A DNA stretch of 64,000 nt from Nitrososphaeria archaeon (lineage in GTDB: Archaea > Thermoproteota > Nitrososphaeria > JACIWG01), in contig JBEKIG010000004.1 in NCBI GenBank assembly GCA_050011875.1, forward strand, positions 65,589-129,588, in the 5' to 3' direction. The position numbers and the translations under genes were made by a program. Positions 1-8,266 of the stretch are shown piece by piece. Numbering within the stretch: position 1 is the first letter of the stretch; each line of letters opens with the position of its first letter. The notes below the pieces were generated by a model. It was not told where the DNA came from, ran no database searches, and saw only the letters and a program-made list of their open reading frames with translations.

Positions 1-772
1 TGCTATCATGCTGTCAACAGCCGTTATACTCCATCTTGTCGGAACAAGTTTTCTATTGTTTTTTAATCCAAACATTCCAACGCTGAATGCTTTTTGGATC
101 TTGCTTACTTCAATCCCCGAATTATATAATTCAATTACAGCGTCATGAGATAAAAGGTCTGTGTCATAATATAACTTCTCAATCCTTCTATCGGCTGAAA
201 CATTCTGCAGCTTAAAGTTTTTGAAAGGAGCGCTCGGCCCAAAAGGCTGCGAATAATCATCAATGTAGATTGTGCCAGAGGGCTTCTTAGTGAATTCAAT
301 TTCAGATTCCACCGGCTTAGAGCTCATCGCTAGTTCATGCAGTTTTCCTATCAGACGGTCTCCTAATCTAACATCGGTAACTTTCATCTGAGTTTTTCCT
401 CTTAAAAGAGAATACCTGTAATCAATGATCTGCTCTAAAGATGTTCCCATCCATTCTTCAGGAAGATCCATTATAAGGGTGTCTCCTGTGATTGGAGGAA
501 CCATAGGCCCGATTGCAACCTTAGGGTAGCCGTATCTTCCTACAAAGACAGACGGCGGAGACGATCCAGCTACATAGTTAGAGTTTATTGGTTTGGACAC
601 TTTCACCATCGCCATCGCCTTTAGGGTTATAGGGCATACAGCTTTTCCGCAGAGATTTCTTCCTCCCCTACAGTAAATACAGATTGAGGAAAATTTTCCT
701 CTGACAGAGACTCCGCTACTGTCTAGATCTCTTTTCACATGTTCTGGAACTATCTGGTCAAGCCGGCTCATT
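1..772 (-). CDS. Conserved hypothetical protein with an N-terminal 4-Cys cluster (C-x2-C-x5-C-x4-C). Only the N-terminal ~257 aa are in the window; the start ATG is at ~770-772.
   Basis: My own reverse-strand translation is open from the window edge to an ATG at ~772 (MSRLDQIVPEHVKRDLDSSGVSVRGKFSSICIYCRGGRNLCGKAVCP...). It is not in the ORF track because it is truncated by the window edge. Possibly an NreA-like archaeal protein; I could not verify this. Confidence 0.4.
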
Positions 773-887
773 GATCACATCCAAGAGTCAAACGGTCAAT
801 TTTAAACTTTAGTCTTATTGGACTATTCTATGGCATTTTGCCTAAAGTTTAACTATATTTAGAGTCATCGCTAGATGTGAGCTGGGA

Positions 888-1586
888 ATGACGCTAAAGA
901 TGCCTTGGAGGGGTTGGAAGCATGTAACAAAGCTTGACCCCGATAAAGACAACAAGGAGGAAATAGTTAACACAGTTCTAGAAAATCGTACTGACGCTAT
1001 ACTAGTTGGCGGCACACAGGGTGTAACTTTAGAGAAAGTCAGAATGTTGAAGAAAGCGCTCCGAAATTGCGATGTCCCAGTATTGCTAGAACCGTCGAAA
1101 GTTGAAGCAGTTGATCTTTCTTACGACTACTTCTTTGTTCCACTTGTTTTAAACTCCCAAGAGAGGTGGTGGCTTGGTGGAGCTCACATAGAATGGATAA
1201 ACTCTCTTAAGAAGACCTTTGGAAGCTACGATAGCATTCCATGGGATAAAATTGTAATAGAAGCTTACATCGTTCTAAACCCTGAATCTGTGGTTGCTAA
1301 GGTTACAAAAAGCATCACTAGTTTAACGATAGACCAGATCGTATCCCATGCCGTATACGCTGACAGAATAATGAATGCCCCCATAGTATACATAGAATAC
1401 AGCGGAAAATTTGGAGACCCGAACATTGTGAAGACGGTTAGGGACAACCTGAGAAGTTCCCATCTTTTCTACGGAGGCGGAATTGACTCAAAAGATAGAG
1501 CCGCGATTATGGGAAAATACGCCACAGTAGTAGTTGGAAATATAATATACGATGATGTCAAAAAATATAAGCAGACAATAATTTAG
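888..1586 (+). CDS. Geranylgeranylglyceryl phosphate synthase (GGGPS/PcrB family)
   Basis: HVTKLDPDK motif, GGG motif and ~230 aa length are typical of archaeal GGGP synthase. Confidence 0.85.
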   Translation: MTLKMPWRGWKHVTKLDPDKDNKEEIVNTVLENRTDAILVGGTQGVTLEKVRMLKKALRNCDVPVLLEPSKVEAVDLSYDYFFVPLVLNSQERWWLGGAHIEWINSLKKTFGSYDSIPWDKIVIEAYIVLNPESVVAKVTKSITSLTIDQIVSHAVYADRIMNAPIVYIEYSGKFGDPNIVKTVRDNLRSSHLFYGGGIDSKDRAAIMGKYATVVVGNIIYDDVKKYKQTII

Positions 1587-1604
1587 TAATAATGGAGCGT
1601 CAGT

Positions 1605-2438
1605 CTATTTCTGGCGTATAGCTTTCGCAGCTCCTATTGCTGTAGCATAGAGGGCGTTAACTGGAATGGTAGCTTTCCCTCCAAGAATTCTAAGGGTTTC
1701 ATTTAGCTCTTGCGAGAAAAGTTCCTCCGCTGGAAGCCTGCCGACGTAGACGATCTCGTTTTCTAGGTTTTTCTGTTTTGCCGCAAAATAGGTTATCGTC
1801 GCAATGGTCTGCGCTATCATCACTATGAGGCCTAAAGCTATATCTTCTGACCTAGTATCATCGCCAACTTTGCCGAAATTAGATGCTGTAGCGTTTGCAG
1901 GTATTATCCCTATTGGACCTCCTCTAATATCTTGTACCAAAAGGTTTGTTCGCGATATTTCTCCCATCTTCGCCTTTTGAAAGATAGTTGAAGCTTTATC
2001 TTTATTGAGTAAGAGTTTTCCGAGACCGACCATAGTTCCCCCTCCCACACCTGTCCCCCCCAAGTGCTCTACATGATATTTTGTACCATCTTCCTTAGCA
2101 TAGACTATAGCTGTCCCCGTCCCTATACTTGCCACTATAGATTCTTTTTTACCTGACAGGTATAGACCTCCTATCCCTATCGCGTCGATTTCGCTTATTA
2201 TGCTGTATTTTAGTTCCGTCATGTCGAACTTGAATCCTCTTCCTATCGAACCTGTAAGCGCTACTTCAGATATGTCTCTCATCTTTATCTGCGCTTCAGA
2301 CAATAGCTTTCCCAAGCAGCCTAAGGCAGAAGCTAATGAATCTGAAGCTTGAACTTCCGATAATGCCCAAATCTTGCTTTCGTTGAGTAGTACACCCTTT
2401 GTTATACTTCCTCCAATATCTAACCCGGCCACTATCAT
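1605..2438 (-). CDS. ASKHA-superfamily ATPase (BadF/BadG/BcrA/BcrD or hydantoinase-like; possibly a pantothenate-kinase-like enzyme)
   Basis: N-terminal MIVAGLDIGGSITKG phosphate-1 motif and a later GTGTAIV motif, as in actin-fold sugar kinases and activases. Confidence 0.5.
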   Translation of the reverse strand: MIVAGLDIGGSITKGVLLNESKIWALSEVQASDSLASALGCLGKLLSEAQIKMRDISEVALTGSIGRGFKFDMTELKYSIISEIDAIGIGGLYLSGKKESIVASIGTGTAIVYAKEDGTKYHVEHLGGTGVGGGTMVGLGKLLLNKDKASTIFQKAKMGEISRTNLLVQDIRGGPIGIIPANATASNFGKVGDDTRSEDIALGLIVMIAQTIATITYFAAKQKNLENEIVYVGRLPAEELFSQELNETLRILGGKATIPVNALYATAIGAAKAIRQK

Positions 2439-2578
2439 CCGATTCGCTGTAGATATTCTTCCCTTTATTTCTTTTACTAATAAAGAAAAAGTAAGCCGGA
2501 GAGTTTAACTCAAACGCATTGGGTTCAAGAAACGGAAAAAGATAAGAACTGCATGATTCACCTGAAAGGTGCAGAATT

Positions 2579-3388
2579 ATGAATAAAGTCATCAACAAGC
2601 CGAATAGGGTCGTACTTGTGTCAAGGATCGCCATCTGCGCTGCCCTCTATGCTGTGATAAATGGCATTACAGCCGCAATTCCTACGCCATTTTCGATAGG
2701 ACAATTCAGACCTGGTGTGATAATACCGGCTTTATTTTCAATCATATTCGGAACTCTAGTGGGGTCGGTTGGCGCAGCTTTAGGGTCTTTTATAGGTGAC
2801 ATAATTTTTTTGACACCTTTAGGACGTACCAACCCCTTGTTGGCGTTGGTGGCTGGGGTTCCAGGTAATTTTGTCGGGTTTCTTGTTTTTGGCATTATAA
2901 TTAATAGATATAAATCGTGGAGCTGGTTTATGATCGATAGCCTTATAGCTCTATTTATAGGCAATTTTATTGCCGGTGCCGGAGTGGTCCTAATAATTTT
3001 CCAAATAAGTAGCACCCCACTGCCCTTTGGATTAGCATTAGGTGCGACACTAGGGTACGCCTTTTGGTGGTTATTCACAATGCTACCTTTTATGCTACTA
3101 GTTTTACCACTAATTTTGCGTATATTCCTTAGATATGAAAACGGAAAGGTTTTAGCGCGTGAATTTCTAACGTGGAAAGAGGAGTCGATAAAGCACGTTG
3201 CTTTGGTGTCTGTTCTTGTTTCTTTACCATTATTTCTTGTTTTCATGTTCAGTTACACACCTTACCTTTCTGGTGCATTTGCCGCTCTTGGAAGCCTATC
3301 TGATTTGATCCGTTATCTGATATTAGGGTCAGCCGTTGTACTGCTGTTAACCCCTTTTGCTCCAAAGATAGCGGGTGTTAGATCGTAG
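2579..3388 (+). CDS. Polytopic membrane protein, possibly an ECF-transporter S-component-like substrate-binding subunit
   Basis: Six or more hydrophobic helices, Gly-rich, no soluble domain. Family assignment is tentative. Confidence 0.4.
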   Translation: MNKVINKPNRVVLVSRIAICAALYAVINGITAAIPTPFSIGQFRPGVIIPALFSIIFGTLVGSVGAALGSFIGDIIFLTPLGRTNPLLALVAGVPGNFVGFLVFGIIINRYKSWSWFMIDSLIALFIGNFIAGAGVVLIIFQISSTPLPFGLALGATLGYAFWWLFTMLPFMLLVLPLILRIFLRYENGKVLAREFLTWKEESIKHVALVSVLVSLPLFLVFMFSYTPYLSGAFAALGSLSDLIRYLILGSAVVLLLTPFAPKIAGVRS

Positions 3389-3510
3389 TCGAGCAGGCCA
3401 TGTAATAAATATTCAGTAAATCAACACAACTCAGGCGCGGACATTTCACACGCGCGACATAACAAGTTCTTTTATCGTTCTTCCCTGATATTCATAAACA
3501 GGCGTAACGT

Positions 3511-4740
3511 TTAAACCTTATATGAAATCCCTGGCTGAAGATTTTTTATGACATTGAGCTTATCGACGACCTTCTCCCTGATTGTTTTGCTGTCCTCAAA
3601 CTTTTTTACAATCTTGCCGTCAATAATTAGATCGTTGAGCAAAGGGATCATCTTCTTTGAAGGTGGTCTCTCTTCCCTGAGTGCAACAAAATCTGCATAT
3701 GTATCTGGATCACGGTACACAGCCTTTGCACCGCCAATATCTCCCCTTTTAGCCATTGGCACCATCACTCCATCTCTCTCAACAGCTACAATTTTGGCGC
3801 TGAAATCAACAGGTTGTGCGCCGCTTACAGATGCTCCTATACCAAAACCATCTACAAGATCAGAAAGCTCTTGAATTGTTTTTTCATCTATCCCTCCGCT
3901 TATGAAAATCTTGACGTTTTTCATTCCTCTGGCATGAAGTTCCCATTTAACCTCCTCTATGATCTTCCGCCATTCTCCTCTCCTTGATTTAGGTGTATCA
4001 AGTCTGACGCCATCAAGTTTTGAGCCAAGTGTTTCTGCAGCCATTATCGCTTCTATTTTCTCGTCACAGAAGGTGTCTATCAGAGCTATTCTCGGAACAT
4101 CCTTGGGCATCGTTTCATCGAGTGCTAGCCAAGCTTTCCTTTGGTCTTCGAAGACTTGAACCATCGCATGTGGCATTGTGCCAACAGGTGTCAGACCCAG
4201 TAGTTTTCCTGCTAAAACATTAGATACTCCATTGAATCCTGCGATGTATGCCGCTCTCTCCGATGCGGGAGCTATAGCGGGATGAATTCTTCTTGAACCG
4301 AAACTGAACATCACCTTATCTAAAGCAAGAATTCTGAAGTGTGCTGCTTTAGACGCAATCCCTGTACTGCTGGATAGAAGGCCTAGAAGCGGGTTCTCGT
4401 ATAAGCAGAAGTCATCGTAATAACATTCTATCTGCATAACCGGTTCGTACACAATCGACTTGGAGTTGACCTCGAATATTTCCCCTTCGTCCATGCTTTT
4501 GACGTTTATTGGCAGACCTTCCAGAAGCTTTGCTACGTCGTGTACGCCAATCAGAATGCCCCAGTTTCCTTCGAATGGCAGGTTTCTAGCGTAGACTTCA
4601 ATTACAACCTTCTTATGCAAACCGAATTTTTCAAGAGCCTTTTTTGTGTAGACTAAATACACATCAGTAGTCTCTGCATTTTTAATCTCATGCTCTGTGG
4701 CAATCCAAAAAAGTCTATCCAAAACTGGATCATTCCCCAA
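3511..4740 (-). CDS. Nicotinate (or nicotinamide) phosphoribosyltransferase, type II PRTase
   Basis: VGTMPHAMVQ and GVRLDT motifs match NAPRTase-family conserved motifs; 409 aa. Confidence 0.7.
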   Translation of the reverse strand: MGNDPVLDRLFWIATEHEIKNAETTDVYLVYTKKALEKFGLHKKVVIEVYARNLPFEGNWGILIGVHDVAKLLEGLPINVKSMDEGEIFEVNSKSIVYEPVMQIECYYDDFCLYENPLLGLLSSSTGIASKAAHFRILALDKVMFSFGSRRIHPAIAPASERAAYIAGFNGVSNVLAGKLLGLTPVGTMPHAMVQVFEDQRKAWLALDETMPKDVPRIALIDTFCDEKIEAIMAAETLGSKLDGVRLDTPKSRRGEWRKIIEEVKWELHARGMKNVKIFISGGIDEKTIQELSDLVDGFGIGASVSGAQPVDFSAKIVAVERDGVMVPMAKRGDIGGAKAVYRDPDTYADFVALREERPPSKKMIPLLNDLIIDGKIVKKFEDSKTIREKVVDKLNVIKNLQPGISYKV

Positions 4741-4838
4741 TTATATCTGCTGCTATTGTAGATAACACAACATAGATAAAAGTTTAACGTATGCATCATA
4801 CGATAGATACCTGTCTCAGACAAGCTGCAGTTTCGAAC

Positions 4839-5252
4839 CTACGCTTTCTTATCTTTACTCTTTCGGCTTTCCCTTATCGCACGCAGATTTTCTCTTTTAG
4901 CTCGAGCGTACACCTCTGCCATAATATTCCTTGCAGATCTCAACTGTTCCAGTGCTTGAATCATTTTTCCTTCCCCCATAAATCGGAGCACGTTTACTAA
5001 TTGGTCTCCAGCTAAACTTATCGTTTGTTCCATGTGGTCGATATCGATCCGCGTACTTGTATTATCTGAGAATTCGACATCTGAAATTTCAAGCTTAACA
5101 AGGAACACCGCTGACTCGCAGTCCCTATAGACCGCCCATAACTCTTTTTCGAGATCCTTAACTGGGGTTCCAGCCATAACTTGTTCCTCTACCGATTTTA
5201 TTCCATTCGCGGCACTATCCACGAACTTTAAAATATCAGGTGAACGTCCCAT
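4839..5252 (-). CDS. Hypothetical small helical protein
   Basis: 137-aa ORF, divergent from the ORF at 5336; no recognisable motif. Confidence 0.35.
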   Translation of the reverse strand: MGRSPDILKFVDSAANGIKSVEEQVMAGTPVKDLEKELWAVYRDCESAVFLVKLEISDVEFSDNTSTRIDIDHMEQTISLAGDQLVNVLRFMGEGKMIQALEQLRSARNIMAEVYARAKRENLRAIRESRKSKDKKA

Positions 5253-5335
5253 GTTTCAGATTCTCTGCATTAAAATATAATGATTTAAAAAGTTTTTATC
5301 ACCTCTAAAACAGAAAATCTATCAGCGATTTAGGT

Positions 5336-5992
5336 ATGACGTTTGAGCTGGTTTCCATTAATGATCTCGGCAGACTAGCCTGTGCTTTTGAACGGACACC
5401 TCAGCCTATATTTGCTTTCAAAGGAAACAAGTCTTGGAATCTTATAATACAGTTTCAGATAGATGAAAAAAAGATAGACTTCTTCCATGTTCAATGCAAT
5501 AAAATCGGATCTTTTCTTGGTTACAAGAACGTCTACGGCAACGAAATAGTTGAATTCTTCTCGGTTGTTCAAAATGCTTCATATATCTACGCACCTATTA
5601 TTTTTCTTAAGAAGTCTCCGTTTAAACATGGTGAACATAATAAGTTTCCGGGAAATGTTCCTCTAATTGAATTGGAAGATATAGGGAGCCTGATAAGAAT
5701 TGTAACATACAAGATTCTCTATGAGGAATCGCCTCTACCTGTTTTTCTATACCCTCTTATCTCGGGCTCAGCCCTTTTTACCATGCTAAGCTATTCGGAG
5801 GAAGGACCCGCAAGAGTATATTATGTAAAAGTAAATGAAGTGCCTCAACAAAATTTCATAAAATATGCCTCTGACCGAGAAGAAACCGACTATACGGACA
5901 ATGTTGATGGATCAGGGTCCATTTATGTAAAGATTATTAAGTTAAGGAGTTTTCCATCAAATGTGGGAAAATGGCCTTCGCGCAAAGGATAA
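5336..5992 (+). CDS. Hypothetical protein
   Basis: 218-aa ORF with no recognisable motifs. It overlaps the pyrF start by 22 nt, so it may be co-transcribed. Confidence 0.4.
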   Translation: MTFELVSINDLGRLACAFERTPQPIFAFKGNKSWNLIIQFQIDEKKIDFFHVQCNKIGSFLGYKNVYGNEIVEFFSVVQNASYIYAPIIFLKKSPFKHGEHNKFPGNVPLIELEDIGSLIRIVTYKILYEESPLPVFLYPLISGSALFTMLSYSEEGPARVYYVKVNEVPQQNFIKYASDREETDYTDNVDGSGSIYVKIIKLRSFPSNVGKWPSRKG

Positions 5993-6711
5993 GGGAAGCT
6001 TCAGTCAGCAAGAAGAGCAGGGTCGTAGTAGGTCTGGACCTAACATCTGAAGATTTTAGTCAGTTGGCGCAAAAGGCTGAGCATATTATAGATCTTGTTC
6101 AAGGAGAAATATGTGCTGTCAAAATAAATTTTCATCTTATAATCCCCCTCGGAATATCTGAATTGAGCAGAATTGTGACAGAAGCGCACAAACATGGCCT
6201 GCAGGCGATTGCTGATATTAAACTCAACGATATATCTTCAACAAATCTAGCAGCCACAGAAATATTATGGAAAGTCGGCTTCGATGCCGTTATATCAAAT
6301 CCCTTTGTCGGTTTCGTTGAAGGTCTTGGGCCGTGTTTAGATGAAGCTCATAAAAGAGGGAAAGGCATGATCCTTCTAATATATATGAGTCACAGAGGTG
6401 CCGTCGAAAACTATGAACTAGATGTTCTTTATGAAGGACAGGTGCAGAAGATGTACGATCTCTTCGTACAAAGAGCGATAAGCTGGGCCGTTGACGGACT
6501 CGTAGTTGGTGCGACAAAGCCTGAAATAATAGCCCACGTAAAAGAAGAAGCCAGAGGCATACCAATTTTTTCTCCTGGCCTAATTGCGCAAGGGGGAGAC
6601 CCTAAAGAGGCTGTTAAAGCGGGCGCAGACTACCTTATAGTTGCGAGGGGAATAATAGCGGCTGCCGATCCTCTCTTAAAAGCAAGAGAAATACGAGCTG
6701 CAACATGGTAG
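5971..6711 (+). CDS. pyrF: Orotidine 5'-phosphate decarboxylase (OMPDC superfamily; 3-hexulose-6-phosphate synthase is an alternative)
   Basis: RVVVGLDL near the N-terminus and the D-x-K-x-x-D motif (IADIKLNDI); ~246 aa. Confidence 0.6.
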   Translation: MAFAQRIREASVSKKSRVVVGLDLTSEDFSQLAQKAEHIIDLVQGEICAVKINFHLIIPLGISELSRIVTEAHKHGLQAIADIKLNDISSTNLAATEILWKVGFDAVISNPFVGFVEGLGPCLDEAHKRGKGMILLIYMSHRGAVENYELDVLYEGQVQKMYDLFVQRAISWAVDGLVVGATKPEIIAHVKEEARGIPIFSPGLIAQGGDPKEAVKAGADYLIVARGIIAAADPLLKAREIRAATW

Positions 6712-6797
6712 CGATGATTTTTTACAGTTGTCCAAATAATTTCAAAAAATAAGCAAGCTTTTATAATAAGGCACATCCCTTTGAGGGACGAAGCGTA

Positions 6798-8261
6798 ATG
6801 GAACATTTAAAGTTTACAAGGAGCTTGTGCCCCATATGTTTTAACGTTGTTCCAGCTGAGCTGTTTGCTGAGAACAACGTCGTATACATGAAAAAGAAGT
6901 GTGAAGAACACGGGGAATTTGAAGATATTTACATGTCAGATTACAGATGGTATAAGAGAGCTCAGCGTTTCGAGCGACTAGGGGGAGGAATAAGTAATCC
7001 TAGAACAAGAAGGAAGATAGGTTGCCCGCGCGACTGTGGCATATGTAATGAACACAAATCCCAAACTCTCCTAGGCATAATTGATGTCACAAACGCATGT
7101 AACCTCAGATGTCCGATATGTTTTGCAAACGCTGCCGCGGTAGGATACCTCTATCAACCAACTTTGGAACAGATCAAAGGGATGCTTGATAATCTGTACC
7201 ATAACACGCCTGTTCCAACATTAGCTGTTCAACTTAGTGGCGGTGAACCAACTTTAAGGGATGACCTACCGGAAATAGTAAGTTATGCGGGGAAGATAGG
7301 CATACCCCATGTTGAGGTCAACACGAATGGTGTGAGGATAGCTAGGGACGTCGACTATCTTAAGAAGCTTATAGAAGGGGGAGTCAGCACTTTTTACCTT
7401 TCGTTTGACAGTTTGACAAAGGAAGCTTATTTGAAGATGAAAGGTGCCGATCTACTTGACTTAAAGCACAAGGCTTTACAGAATATTCGAGAAGTTGGTT
7501 TCCACAGCGTAGTGCTTGTGCCAACTATTGTAAAGGGGATAAACGACAATGAAATAGGTTCAATTATCGAATTCGGTATAAAAAACAGTGACATAGTTAG
7601 ATGTGTGAACTTCCAGCCTGTATCCTTTGCAGGCAGGATAGAGACTTCAAAGTTGAAAGAATTCAGAGTGACAACTTCAGATATAATAAACAACGCTGAA
7701 AAACAGACGGACGGTAAGATTAAAATGGATGACTGGTATCCAGTTCCCTTCATCGCACCAATATCGGATTTCATAGCTGGATTGAAAGGGAAACCTCAAC
7801 CAACTTTTACCGTTCACCAAAATTGTGGCGCAGCGACATTCTTAGTCGCAGAGGATAATGGCGACAGCTACGAGCCCATAACCAAATACGCGAACGTAGA
7901 AAGATTTGTGCAAGACCTATCAAAGGCAGCGGTCGCGCTGCAATCGGGTAAAAGGACGCAGGGGAAACTTAGAGCCGCTTCCGCACTTAGACACGTCAGT
8001 CTAGGGTTGTCTACTTCATTAGTAAAAGGCTTTCTTTCAAATGGGACCTACAATTCGCTTGGTAAGTTCATGAGAAAAATAGTAATGGTTGGCGACATGC
8101 ACTTTATGGACCCATACAACTTTGACCTTGAAAGGGTTGAGAGATGCGGAATTCATTACGCAACGCCTGATGGAAGAATAATACCCTTCTGCACAATGAA
8201 CACGCTCTACAGACCTGAAATTGAGAAGGCTTTTTCTATAGCGTACAATAAGAAAGAATAA
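6798..8261 (+). CDS. Radical SAM enzyme with an N-terminal zinc ribbon; possibly a tetraether lipid synthase (Tes/GDGT-MAS)-like enzyme
   Basis: CNLRCPICFA (CxxxCxxC) followed by the LSGGEPT motif, with an N-terminal CPICF...C...C ribbon; 487 aa. The Tes assignment is speculative. Confidence 0.75.
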   Translation: MEHLKFTRSLCPICFNVVPAELFAENNVVYMKKKCEEHGEFEDIYMSDYRWYKRAQRFERLGGGISNPRTRRKIGCPRDCGICNEHKSQTLLGIIDVTNACNLRCPICFANAAAVGYLYQPTLEQIKGMLDNLYHNTPVPTLAVQLSGGEPTLRDDLPEIVSYAGKIGIPHVEVNTNGVRIARDVDYLKKLIEGGVSTFYLSFDSLTKEAYLKMKGADLLDLKHKALQNIREVGFHSVVLVPTIVKGINDNEIGSIIEFGIKNSDIVRCVNFQPVSFAGRIETSKLKEFRVTTSDIINNAEKQTDGKIKMDDWYPVPFIAPISDFIAGLKGKPQPTFTVHQNCGAATFLVAEDNGDSYEPITKYANVERFVQDLSKAAVALQSGKRTQGKLRAASALRHVSLGLSTSLVKGFLSNGTYNSLGKFMRKIVMVGDMHFMDPYNFDLERVERCGIHYATPDGRIIPFCTMNTLYRPEIEKAFSIAYNKKE

Positions 8262-8266
8262 GATAG

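Noticed and set aside
2647-3246. Antisense ORFs in the track opposite confidently assigned genes (also 1265..1447, 2296..2634, 3548..3874, 20600..21334, 31666..32118, 32387..32908, 61742..62242, 62659..63090 and others)
   Set aside because: They lie antisense to genes with clear family motifs, have low-complexity or Ser/Leu/Pro-rich composition, and lack motifs. These are typical shadow ORFs.
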